DNA of 60,479 nt. It comes from a virus (taxonomy: Duplodnaviria; Caudoviricetes). The notes below the pieces were generated by a model that was not told the DNA's origin, did not search any database, and saw only the letters and a list, made by a program, of their open reading frames with translations. Location of the stretch: positions 1-60,479 of IMG/VR virus record IMGVR_UViG_3300048548_000184; one strand, 5' to 3'. Positions within the stretch are counted from its first letter, which is position 1. The number at the start of each line of letters is the position of its first letter. The position numbers and the translations under genes are program-made. Below are positions 16,973 through 25,803 of the stretch, one piece after another.

Positions 16973-17239
16973 ATGAAGACTGAACTTACGCAACAGATAC
17001 AGGCTGCTAGTTATGGACATCCAAAGGTGTATCCTAACAGCGAGAATATCACTCCACCTATGAAGAAAGAGCGTATCCGTATAGTAGAAGCAGCAACTCG
17101 TACTGAAATCAAGTTAAATCAAATCAAAGAAATTGAAGAACGTGCTAAAGAAATCCAAGCACTAAGGGAACAGGCAAAGAGTAGATATTCTACAGAGATG
17201 CCTTACACCGAAGGTGAGTATGTAGACATAGAGGTTTGA
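16973..17239 (+). CDS. hypothetical protein
   Basis: ORF track, RBS. Confidence 0.6.
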   Translation: MKTELTQQIQAASYGHPKVYPNSENITPPMKKERIRIVEAATRTEIKLNQIKEIEERAKEIQALREQAKSRYSTEMPYTEGEYVDIEV

Positions 17240-17240
17240 T

Positions 17241-17795
17241 ATGGCAGAGGTAGAGTTTGGTGGATTAAAATTTTCAGGCGGTAAGATGTTTGCACTTCTT
17301 ACTGCACTATCGACATTGGGCGGTGCAGCATGGGGTGGTTTTGAAATCTACAAAGACTACATGGATATGAAAGAAATCATTCAAAACATTGACACTGATG
17401 CCATTGCTGCACGTAATGATGTTATCGAAACCAAGCTTGATGAGGCTATCGATTATACTAGAGATATTAAATCAGGACTGAAAGATGATATCTTCAAGCT
17501 TGAAGAGAATATAGAACGCATGGAAGATAAGGTAGACGACTCTGAGAACAGAATGAAAGACACTCAGGCATCTATTGAAACTACTCTTGCAGGTGTCAGA
17601 AAAGATCTAAACGATCAGAGTAAAGATGTAACCTCTAGCATCAGAGAGGTAGAGGCAACCGTTAGACTATCTGAAAAAGATGTACGTAACGTAATGAAAG
17701 AAACTGTAAGTGAACTTGAAAACAAAATGGATAGACTAGACACTAGGCTAAATGAAAGACTACAAGAAGCCTTAGATAATCCATTATCAGATTAA
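17241..17795 (+). CDS. N-terminal TM plus long coiled-coil protein
   Basis: ALLTALSTLGGAAWGGFEIY TM then heptad repeats. Confidence 0.75.
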   Translation: MAEVEFGGLKFSGGKMFALLTALSTLGGAAWGGFEIYKDYMDMKEIIQNIDTDAIAARNDVIETKLDEAIDYTRDIKSGLKDDIFKLEENIERMEDKVDDSENRMKDTQASIETTLAGVRKDLNDQSKDVTSSIREVEATVRLSEKDVRNVMKETVSELENKMDRLDTRLNERLQEALDNPLSD

Positions 17796-18157
17796 GCATA
17801 TAATATTTCTGGATATGGATAATTTAACATCAAAACCGATTTCGATTCATAAACAGGGTCTTTGGTTTCTTTGTTGACAAAGGTTGAGTAACGGTAAGGG
17901 TTATAGGTTGCAAGACCATTGGTTTCAAATTTAATGCCATCAACCAAATTGCCACGAACAAAAGCATGTACATTTTTACATTTCTCCTTCAATACTTTTT
18001 GTCTACCAGATTCTCGCACCACAAATTTAACATCTTCTAGAGCAACTTCATTTGTGTGCGCAATAACACGTCCTCTGTTCTCACCTTCTAGGGCACGAAC
18101 AGAAAACGTTTTTTTGTGTAGGTTGTAGTAAACTTCAACTCTCAAAGTTATCCCCAA
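17792..18157 (-). CDS. conserved phage hypothetical protein
   Basis: VYYNLHKKTFSVRA...FVVRESGRQKV..KNVHAFVRG...YNPY pattern. Confidence 0.7.
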   Translation of the reverse strand: MGITLRVEVYYNLHKKTFSVRALEGENRGRVIAHTNEVALEDVKFVVRESGRQKVLKEKCKNVHAFVRGNLVDGIKFETNGLATYNPYRYSTFVNKETKDPVYESKSVLMLNYPYPEILYA

Positions 18158-18564
18158 TCATATTCTTCGTATTTAACAATCTTTGCAAGATCTTTGACAA
18201 TCTGCTTTCCATAGTCAGTAAACAGAATACCTTGTTCCCAAACAAAATGCTCTACATCTTGAATATGATAAAACTTTTCAGAACCAGTGATCCACCGCAG
18301 CGCATCCCAATAATCGTGAGCGCCCCAAGTTTGGGCTTGATGAATACGATCTTTGAATTCGTTAACTTTAAGGATCGCAATCTTTTTTTCATGCATCTCC
18401 TTAACTTCAAGAGCATCACAGTACTCATCCCAAGTTTTTTGTTTCTCTGCAGGAGTACAATTGTTCCAGTCACTCCAAAACCCTGAAGTGGGCCGACAGC
18501 CGTATACCTCTTTATGTAGGTCTGAAATGCAATCTTCTGAATAATCAAATGTCATATCTGTCAT
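18148..18564 (-). CDS. hypothetical early protein
   Basis: AGGAG RBS; SDLHKEVYGCRP motif. Confidence 0.7.
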   Translation of the reverse strand: MTDMTFDYSEDCISDLHKEVYGCRPTSGFWSDWNNCTPAEKQKTWDEYCDALEVKEMHEKKIAILKVNEFKDRIHQAQTWGAHDYWDALRWITGSEKFYHIQDVEHFVWEQGILFTDYGKQIVKDLAKIVKYEEYDWG

Positions 18565-18578
18565 ATCGGTTCTCCTTA

Positions 18579-18617
18579 TTACAGAATCACTATGTCACAC
18601 ATTTATAATAAAGTCAA
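18579..18617 (-). promoter_or_regulatory. conserved early promoter (repeat copy)
   Basis: TTGACT-17-CATAGT-GATTCTGTAA on minus strand. Confidence 0.8.
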
Positions 18618-18631
18618 ATACTTTTTTTAAC

Positions 18632-18670
18632 TTGACTTTAAAATAAGAATATCGTAAGGTGATTCTGTAA
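18632..18670 (+). promoter_or_regulatory. conserved early promoter (repeat copy)
   Basis: TTGACT-17-TAAGGT-GATTCTGTAA. Confidence 0.8.
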
Positions 18671-18690
18671 TCAACAATATAGAGGCACAT

Positions 18691-19317
18691 ATGCTTGTTT
18701 ATAGCCCTTCCCATAAAAATATCGTCACTGCTCTTAAAGCCAAATCATGGCATACAGAACTAATTCAGAAGTATCTGAACTATGTTCGAAAGAAAGAACG
18801 TGCTGTTATAACGGGGCGTACTGCTTATACTGACAGCACTAGGGGTAAGACCTACAAAGCTGAGTGGAAGTTTCAGAATAAGTTTCACGATAGCATCAAA
18901 GAGTTTAAAACTGAAAAGCAAGCTGCTGCATATATGAATCGTGTTCTAAATTCTAAAATGTGGAAAGAAATGACTAAAGGTAAAGTCGTTAGCTTAAAGG
19001 TCAAAACAATCGGGCATCGTACCGCAGGACGTGCATACGGTTCACATATCGAACTAAACAAAATGAATGGGATGGATCAATACACCCTACTTCATGAAAT
19101 GGCTCACTGTGCAGGTCACATGCACCACGATGTATCTTTTCGGCAATGTGTGCTGAAACTAACTTCACGGTTCATTGGAACCGAAGCTGCGAAGTTTCTC
19201 AAAGGGTGCTTCAAAGAGCAAGGTCTGAAAATGACAATGCCTAAGGGAAGTGTTAAAGATCCTGACACTTGGCTAAAGACCTACAATCGGCTTGAGGGTG
19301 TCCGTGAAAAAATATGA
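18691..19317 (+). CDS. SprT-like zinc metalloprotease domain protein
   Basis: TAGRA...LLHEMAH...HDVSF (HExxH). Confidence 0.7.
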   Translation: MLVYSPSHKNIVTALKAKSWHTELIQKYLNYVRKKERAVITGRTAYTDSTRGKTYKAEWKFQNKFHDSIKEFKTEKQAAAYMNRVLNSKMWKEMTKGKVVSLKVKTIGHRTAGRAYGSHIELNKMNGMDQYTLLHEMAHCAGHMHHDVSFRQCVLKLTSRFIGTEAAKFLKGCFKEQGLKMTMPKGSVKDPDTWLKTYNRLEGVREKI

Positions 19318-19337
19318 GTGGGGGGATTAATTTCCCC

Positions 19338-19366
19338 TTGACTTAAAGTTAAAAGATTGCTATTAT
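19338..19366 (+). promoter_or_regulatory. early promoter preceded by GC hairpin
   Basis: TTGACTTAAAGTTAA..TATTAT, 17 nt spacer; GGGG..CCCC hairpin just upstream. Confidence 0.7.
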
Positions 19367-19370
19367 TAAT

Positions 19371-19604
19371 ATGAAGTCAAAAAGGAGTGATTCGATGACT
19401 GTTCAACTTTGCCAAGAAATTTGCGACTTAGAAACTGCGATTATAGCATTTCAAGAAGGTGCTTCTGATGAGAGGCGTATGGCGATTAGCCTTTTAGAGC
19501 AAATGCTTAAATCCAAATCTGAAGAACTTGCTGAGTTCGAATACGTTGCATTTCATGAAGCTGCCTATAATGATGGGTATGCATGCAAACAATATAGCTA
19601 TTAA
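19371..19604 (+). CDS. hypothetical protein
   Basis: ORF track; probable start 19395 after AAGGAG. Confidence 0.6.
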   Translation: MKSKRSDSMTVQLCQEICDLETAIIAFQEGASDERRMAISLLEQMLKSKSEELAEFEYVAFHEAAYNDGYACKQYSY

Positions 19605-19618
19605 TAGGAGAAAATATA

Positions 19619-20590
19619 ATGGCACACGAAGTAGAAATTATTGATGGTCAAGCACAAATGGCTTACGCAGGTGAGCGCCCATGGCATGGTCTAGGGGTAG
19701 AGGTTCGTAATGATATGACGCCTCAACAGATGATGCAAAAAGCAGGTCTTGATTGGACGGTCCATGAGGTTGAGTCCTATGTTGACTTTGAGGGTGACAA
19801 GATCCCAACAGGTCAGAAGTCTTTGATCCGTTCATTGGATAAGAAAGTCTTGACTAATGTGGGTGAGGGTTGGAACCCTGTACAGAACTCAGAGGCATTC
19901 GACTTCTTCCATGAGTATGTCATGGCAGGTGATATGGAAATGAATACTGCAGGATCTTTGAAAGGTGGTAAAAATGTATTCGCACTCGCAAAAGTCAATG
20001 AGTCTTTCTCAATCAACGGTGGCGAAGACCAAGTGGACTCCTACTTACTGTTTAGCAATCCTCACGAATATGGTAAAGCTATTGATATTCGTTTTACTCC
20101 CATTCGTGTTGTATGCAATAATACGCTCACATTTTCTTTGAACTCACGTTCATCTAACTTTGTAAAGCTGAACCATCGTACACGGTTTGATGCCGACATG
20201 GTAAAGCAACAGATGGGTCTAGCGTCTGAGAAGTTTGCACAGTACAAAGATATGGCAGAGTTCCTGACCACCAAAAAGTTCTCTGTTGATGCATTGATCA
20301 ACTACTACAATGAGGTATTTCCATATACCCACAAGGTTGCAGAAGCGCCTACCAAAGTAGAAGATCTGTCAAAGAATGCACGTGAAGCCTATGCTGTATT
20401 GGAAACACAACCAGGCGCAGAATTTGGTGCGGGAACTTGGTGGCAAGCACTCAACTCTGTTACTTACTTGACTGATCATAAGATGGGGCGTAACCCTGAC
20501 TCACGTATGCAGTCATCATGGTTTGGTGTTAATCAGGCACGTAAACTGAAAGCTGTAAACAAGGCTGTCGAGTATGCAACAGCAGCGTAA
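19619..20590 (+). CDS. DUF932 family protein (phage/plasmid-like)
   Basis: MAH...PWHGLG, AGLDWTV, PVQNSEAFDFF, AGSLKGG, TPIRVVCNNTL, GTWWQALNSVT. Confidence 0.88.
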   Translation: MAHEVEIIDGQAQMAYAGERPWHGLGVEVRNDMTPQQMMQKAGLDWTVHEVESYVDFEGDKIPTGQKSLIRSLDKKVLTNVGEGWNPVQNSEAFDFFHEYVMAGDMEMNTAGSLKGGKNVFALAKVNESFSINGGEDQVDSYLLFSNPHEYGKAIDIRFTPIRVVCNNTLTFSLNSRSSNFVKLNHRTRFDADMVKQQMGLASEKFAQYKDMAEFLTTKKFSVDALINYYNEVFPYTHKVAEAPTKVEDLSKNAREAYAVLETQPGAEFGAGTWWQALNSVTYLTDHKMGRNPDSRMQSSWFGVNQARKLKAVNKAVEYATAA

Positions 20591-20600
20591 TAAAAATGAG

Positions 20601-20625
20601 GGTAGCGTTTCACAAGAACGCTACC
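20601..20625. other. perfect 9-bp inverted repeat after the DUF932 gene
   Basis: GGTAGCGTT-TCACAAG-AACGCTACC; no T-run. Confidence 0.5.
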
Positions 20626-20663
20626 ACAACTATATACAACGTAAGCTAAGAGAGGAACGTAAA

Positions 20664-20894
20664 ATGGCATACGATTGGCCTAAGATACACAAAGCTGAAG
20701 AAAATATTGAAATGCAGATTACTGATTGGGTGTATGAACACGTGCTCGAATATTTTGGTGTAGAGGAAGTGACACATCTTACCGAAGAAAATATTATAGA
20801 AGTGCAAGCATTTTGGGATAGTCTAAACGAATACAATTGCATGAGTATAGGATATTCTAGCCTGATTAATAATTGGGAAGCAGAGAATGGTTAG
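20664..20894 (+). CDS. hypothetical protein
   Basis: GAGG RBS before ATG 20664. Confidence 0.6.
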   Translation: MAYDWPKIHKAEENIEMQITDWVYEHVLEYFGVEEVTHLTEENIIEVQAFWDSLNEYNCMSIGYSSLINNWEAENG

Positions 20895-21468
20895 GCTTGA
20901 CAACCCTAATATGACTTTCTATCATATATCAAAAAACGCAGGTACTAGTATTGAAGATTGGTTTTTAAAAAATATTAAAGGCGCAGAGATATATAATGGG
21001 GATATGCGGCATGCATATCCCTTGGACATTTATACCCTATGGGATGATTTGGGATGGTGTTTTGCTTGTGTTAGAAATCCTTGGGATCGTACTTTCAGTT
21101 GGTACAACTATCAAAAGAAAGGTGGCAAAATGTCATGTTCTTTTGAAGAATTTGTTATGAAATTATTTTATGAGGGTGATCTAACTAAAAAGTATTATAG
21201 GCCAGTTGAAAGACAGATTAATTGGAGTACTTGTGATTATCTAATTAGATATGAGAATTTAATAGAGGATTTTAAGGTTGTTCAAAAAAAACTTAACTGC
21301 TTTGAACCTTTGCCGCATCTGAATCTTTCACAGACCATGAACAACTACGCCGATCATTACATAAATGATCGTATGATAAATATTGTAGGAGAATATTTTA
21401 AAGAAGATATTGATTATTTTGATTACTCTTTTGATTCTAGGGAAAATAAAAGTTATAAATACTCTTAA
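20887..21468 (+). CDS. sulfotransferase family protein
   Basis: HISKNAGTS (5'-PSB), VRNPWDRTFSWY (3'-PB), IRYENL, EDIDYFDYSF. Confidence 0.85.
   Translation: MVRLDNPNMTFYHISKNAGTSIEDWFLKNIKGAEIYNGDMRHAYPLDIYTLWDDLGWCFACVRNPWDRTFSWYNYQKKGGKMSCSFEEFVMKLFYEGDLTKKYYRPVERQINWSTCDYLIRYENLIEDFKVVQKKLNCFEPLPHLNLSQTMNNYADHYINDRMINIVGEYFKEDIDYFDYSFDSRENKSYKYS
21454..21461 (+). promoter_or_regulatory. T4-type late promoter
   Basis: TATAAATA upstream of the basic head-protein cluster. Confidence 0.7.
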
Positions 21469-21554
21469 TATATACTAGGTGGTGAAACATTGAAATTAGT
21501 TTATAACTTTTCAATGGATATTTAAATGAATGGGCGAACCCAAAGGTAGAGTAA

Positions 21555-22010
21555 ATGGCTAAGAATTTAGACTTTAAAGATTTTTTAACTGTGGATTACA
21601 CGCAGACAGGTGATCCACAACTTGCTAAAAACGCAAAGAAGCGTAAGCAACATATTCCTACAGGTAATACAGGAGAGTCTGTAGAACCTGCAGATGAAGC
21701 GTTGAGCATGGCTGCTAGACGCAAAAAAGCAATTACCATGAAAAAAATTCAAGCACGTCTAAAGGTTGGGCGTAAGAAAGCTTCCATGAAAGTTGCCGAT
21801 AAAGGTAGACTTGAAAAGAGAGCACGTAAGGCTGCACGTAATGCTATTGCTAAAAAACTCACAAAAGGTATTTCTAAGGTAGATTTGACTCCTGCTAGAA
21901 AAGCTGAGATAGAAAAGCGCCTAGATAAGATGCAAGGTAAAGTTGGTAGATTAGCCAAGAAAATGCTACCCAAAATCCGTAAGTCTGAACTAGAGAAAAA
22001 ACGTGGGTGA
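21555..22010 (+). CDS. basic late protein, probable internal head protein
   Basis: DFKDFL N-terminus, EALS site followed by K/R-rich helix. Confidence 0.65.
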   Translation: MAKNLDFKDFLTVDYTQTGDPQLAKNAKKRKQHIPTGNTGESVEPADEALSMAARRKKAITMKKIQARLKVGRKKASMKVADKGRLEKRARKAARNAIAKKLTKGISKVDLTPARKAEIEKRLDKMQGKVGRLAKKMLPKIRKSELEKKRG

Positions 22011-22012
22011 TT

Positions 22013-23458
22013 ATGATAAACAGATTTAGTCAATTTCTTATTGAAGAAGAAAAAACAATTTATATAACGATGGATAACTTTAATCCACCTGCCATTAGTC
22101 ATGGCAACATGTTTGATTCTATTTCAGAATCTTCTAATAAAAGCAATTACAGAATATTCGTAACACCAACGAATGAATCTAAGAACAATCCTTTACCATA
22201 CAAAGAAAAGGTCAAGCAGCTTCGCAAAATGTTTCCGAAGCATGCTAGATCTGTTGTGATGGATTCTACCATTAAATCACCTTTAGATGCTGCTGTCAAG
22301 TTATTTAATGAAGGATATAAAAATATTGTAGTTCTTGGTGAAGAAAATGAAGTAAGAAAGACTACCATTTTATTTGAAAAGTATAATGGAAAGAATAGTC
22401 GTAAAGGATTCTACAACTTTCAGAGTATTAAATCTATTAATCTTGAATCTAAAGGTGCAGATTCAAATAGACAGATCAAAGCAGCATTAAATGAAGACTT
22501 TACTGCATTTGCACAGGGCCTACCTAAGAACGTATCCAACAAAGATGCTAAAGCATTATTTAATGCTGTGCGTAAGGGTATGGGTCTGAAGGAACAAAAA
22601 GAGTTCAAAAATCATGTTCAGTTGTCTCCTGTATCTGATCTGAGAGAAGCCTATGTAAACGATGGACTGTTTGAGCAAGGAGATGAAGTTGTCATGCATA
22701 AACATGAGATTGTAGGCAACATCAAACACCTTGGATCAAACTATGTTATCGTTGAATCCAAAGGCGAGACTTGGAGATGTTGGTTGAACGATGTGTCTAA
22801 GGTACATCCTAGTTCTGAGAATAGATGGCAGGAAGCCCCATACAAAGATCCCGGTGATGCAGGACTGAATGAAGAAAGACTTCCTGATTATGGCACACCT
22901 GAGTCTACAGCAAGAGCTAAGAAGATTACACCTGGTCAAAAAGAAGCTTGTTGGAGTGGCTATAAGCAAGTTGGTATGAAACCAAAAGGTGGTAAAATGG
23001 TTCCCAACTGTGTTGCAGAATATGGTGGTCCACCCATCTCAAGAAAGACTTATCTCAAGCAAGATCCTATGAAAGAGAAGTCTTCTCAAGATCCTGATAT
23101 TAAGGATAGAGAAGGCACACAGCCTAAGAGATATCACTCCGGTCTTCAGAAGGCTACAAAGGTTGCACGTGATAGACACTTTAAGAAGCATGGAAAGAAA
23201 GCTGACAATGATGCGTCTGCTTATAAACCTGCGCCCGGTGATAAAACCGCAAAGACGAAACCGTCTAAATATACTAAAGTAGTTAATAAAATGTTAAATA
23301 AAGAAGATGCTGTACAAATAGCACGTAAGCGTATTGAACGTGAAAAAGACATGGAAAAGAAAAGTGACGCTAATCAAAAAGTGCGTCATGATAAAATATT
23401 AGATAGAGCAAGAAGAGCAAGAATGCTCCGTAGAAACAAGGGTATTTCAGATGATTAA
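22013..23458 (+). CDS. cytidylyltransferase-like domain plus modular C-terminus; probable head protein
   Basis: FSQFLIEE N-terminus; FNPPAISH (degenerate HxGH), NPLPYKEK; EACWSGYKQVGMK..PNCV module. Confidence 0.65.
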   Translation: MINRFSQFLIEEEKTIYITMDNFNPPAISHGNMFDSISESSNKSNYRIFVTPTNESKNNPLPYKEKVKQLRKMFPKHARSVVMDSTIKSPLDAAVKLFNEGYKNIVVLGEENEVRKTTILFEKYNGKNSRKGFYNFQSIKSINLESKGADSNRQIKAALNEDFTAFAQGLPKNVSNKDAKALFNAVRKGMGLKEQKEFKNHVQLSPVSDLREAYVNDGLFEQGDEVVMHKHEIVGNIKHLGSNYVIVESKGETWRCWLNDVSKVHPSSENRWQEAPYKDPGDAGLNEERLPDYGTPESTARAKKITPGQKEACWSGYKQVGMKPKGGKMVPNCVAEYGGPPISRKTYLKQDPMKEKSSQDPDIKDREGTQPKRYHSGLQKATKVARDRHFKKHGKKADNDASAYKPAPGDKTAKTKPSKYTKVVNKMLNKEDAVQIARKRIEREKDMEKKSDANQKVRHDKILDRARRARMLRRNKGISDD

Positions 23459-23681
23459 CTTTAAAAACCATATTGTTTTAGAAGGTAGCTTTGCAGATAA
23501 ATCCAAAGCATCAGGAATATCTGTAGGCACTCTAAAGAAAGTTTATAACCGTGGTGTTGCAGCATGGAAGACAGGGCATCGTCCCGGGACTACTCCACAA
23601 CAATGGGGGCATGCACGTGTGAATGCGTTTATCGCAAAGAAGAAAAAGGGTAATCTAAATCACGACAAGGATCTAGCATAA
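23451..23681 (+). CDS. small basic conserved viral protein (DUF5824-like)
   Basis: SGISVGTLKKVYNRGVAAWKTGHRPGTTPQQWGHARVNAF. Confidence 0.6.
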   Translation: MINFKNHIVLEGSFADKSKASGISVGTLKKVYNRGVAAWKTGHRPGTTPQQWGHARVNAFIAKKKKGNLNHDKDLA

Positions 23682-25195
23682 TGGATGACGTAACACAACA
23701 CTCTAATAAAAAACTATCTACCATTCTGAGAAATCCAAGTCATCCCATGCATTCTGCTGCGAAAGCAGAGCGTGATCGCCGCATGGCACAAAGAGAAGAT
23801 AAAGATCTTGACGAAATTAGCTTAAAAGACCTGTCGAAAAAAATTTCACGGTCTAGCGGTAATAAAAACATTAATAAAGCCATGAAGCCAACCTTTGATA
23901 AAACAAAGAACGATTTGGCTGCAATGCGTAAACGTTTGGATGCTTTGAAGGCAGGGTATGCTGCAGAGAGTGTTGAGCTTGAAGAAGGCGTAATCGATCA
24001 AGTAAAAGATATTGTTGCCAATAAACAAGCCAAGAAGATCAGTGGTGTTATGGTGGACATGTTCACTGCATCTGCTATTTCTCAGATTTATGATAAAGTT
24101 AACGATGCCAATAAAGCAAAGATGGATAAGCTACCTATCGTAAAGCTTGCAGATGTTGCTATGAAGATGATGAAGCGTGAGTCTACAGTTAGTGAAGCTA
24201 AACAGGTTCTTGCACATGGTGGTAAGGGTCAATACAAAATAGTTAGTGACGGTGGTGCTATTAGTGTTATGTTTAAGGGCAAAGTAGTTGGTAAAGGCGA
24301 CTTTGATCGTGGTGCAGATAGTTTCTTTATTAGTATGAAGGGTCAAAAAGGTCAAAAATCTTTTGACGATGCACAGGACATTGCAGACTACTTCGCAAAA
24401 ATGAAAATCAAAGAAGAAGTACAGATTGATGAGATTTCGGGAAAACTTTACAATAAGGCATTAGCAGGACGTAAAGATAAAATAGATCGTACTAGAAACA
24501 GTGCATCAGCAAATGCGTTGCGTATGAATAAACCTGAGATGAAAAAAGATTTAAAAAAAGCTGATGATATGCAGCGTAAGCTTGACAAGATGAAGCAGAT
24601 GGGTATTGATCGTACTGCACGTAATCTGCGTAAAGAAGAAACACAGCTTGAGGCTGCACCGAAAATGAAAGGCGATTGGCTAAAAAAAGAGCGTGAAAGA
24701 AATCGTGAGCATGATGCAGCGATGGGCCGTACAGCTACAGGGCGTAAGAAACCAACACGTACTATGACTTCTACTCAGAAATCTTTGGCATCATTGCGTA
24801 AAGAAATGAAAGAAGCTTTCGAACCACATATGATGTATGATCCTAAGACAGGAAAAGGTTACAAAGCTGAGAAAGAAGCTGATCATTTACGTATGAAGAA
24901 AATGGGCTATACTCATGATAAGCCTGAGGTAAATGAAAAATATAAGATTATGCACAAAACAATGTCTGCAGCATTACAGCATGCTTACGATGAAGCTGAG
25001 AAAAAAGGCTTTGAGGTTGACAAGGATGATATCGACAACAAGGTTGCAATGGGTCCAAGAAAACCATCATCAGGCAAAACAAACTCTTATAACTTAGGTC
25101 TATCTAAGAACGGTAAACCTGTGAAGAAAAAGCTGCATATCCAAGTGTACAACATGGATAATAAAGGCTATGAACTAAACATGTATGTGAGTTAA
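23681..25195 (+). CDS. modular internal head protein / putative polyprotein
   Basis: Basic modules separated by hydrophobic-x-E sites (LDE, LEE, VSE, IDE, QLE, MKE, VNE). Confidence 0.65.
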   Translation: MDDVTQHSNKKLSTILRNPSHPMHSAAKAERDRRMAQREDKDLDEISLKDLSKKISRSSGNKNINKAMKPTFDKTKNDLAAMRKRLDALKAGYAAESVELEEGVIDQVKDIVANKQAKKISGVMVDMFTASAISQIYDKVNDANKAKMDKLPIVKLADVAMKMMKRESTVSEAKQVLAHGGKGQYKIVSDGGAISVMFKGKVVGKGDFDRGADSFFISMKGQKGQKSFDDAQDIADYFAKMKIKEEVQIDEISGKLYNKALAGRKDKIDRTRNSASANALRMNKPEMKKDLKKADDMQRKLDKMKQMGIDRTARNLRKEETQLEAAPKMKGDWLKKERERNREHDAAMGRTATGRKKPTRTMTSTQKSLASLRKEMKEAFEPHMMYDPKTGKGYKAEKEADHLRMKKMGYTHDKPEVNEKYKIMHKTMSAALQHAYDEAEKKGFEVDKDDIDNKVAMGPRKPSSGKTNSYNLGLSKNGKPVKKKLHIQVYNMDNKGYELNMYVS

Positions 25196-25198
25196 GGT

Positions 25199-25507
25199 AT
25201 GAAAACATTTAAGACATTCTTAGAAGAAAAAGATCCTAGACTTGCACGTGCAGGTGTATCAGGGTTTAATAAACCTAAAGGTACACCAAGTCATCCTACT
25301 AAGTCGCATATTGTTGTGGCTAAATCAGGTGGGCAAGTAAAGACAATCCGTTTTGGTGAGCAAGGTGCAAGCACTGCAGGAGATCCGAAGGCAGGTGAGT
25401 CTGACAAGATGAAAAAGAAGCGCAAATCATTTAAGGCTAGGCATGCTAAGAATATTGCAAAAGGTAAAATGTCTGCTGCTTATTGGGCTGACAAGGTTAA
25501 GTGGTAA
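25199..25507 (+). CDS. small basic protein with capsid-targeting-like N-terminus (DUF5754-like)
   Basis: MKTFKTFLEE; KTIRFGEQG, RKSFKARH, SAAYWADKVKW. Confidence 0.65.
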   Translation: MKTFKTFLEEKDPRLARAGVSGFNKPKGTPSHPTKSHIVVAKSGGQVKTIRFGEQGASTAGDPKAGESDKMKKKRKSFKARHAKNIAKGKMSAAYWADKVKW

Positions 25508-25514
25508 AATAAAA

Positions 25515-25793
25515 ATGGCAGAGACAACAGGCAAAAGATTAGATCGTATCGAAGAAAAACTAGATAAAATGGGTGAAGTACTTGTCACTCTTGCTAGGTT
25601 CGAAGAAAAGATGGATGCTTATAATGATTATAGGCAAAACTCATGGGAACGTATGAATAAGTTCTCTGAGAAGCTAGATAGAATTGAAAAAACTGTAGAC
25701 GATAATGCACGTACAGTTCATACTATAAACAAACTGTTCTGGGTAGTACTAATTGCTATTGCAGGATCAATCGCCGCTCAACTTATGGTTTAA
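25515..25793 (+). CDS. coiled-coil protein with C-terminal TM
   Basis: RLDRIEEKLD heptads; LFWVVLIAIAGSIAA. Confidence 0.7.
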   Translation: MAETTGKRLDRIEEKLDKMGEVLVTLARFEEKMDAYNDYRQNSWERMNKFSEKLDRIEKTVDDNARTVHTINKLFWVVLIAIAGSIAAQLMV

Positions 25794-25803
25794 GGAGAAA
25801 CAA

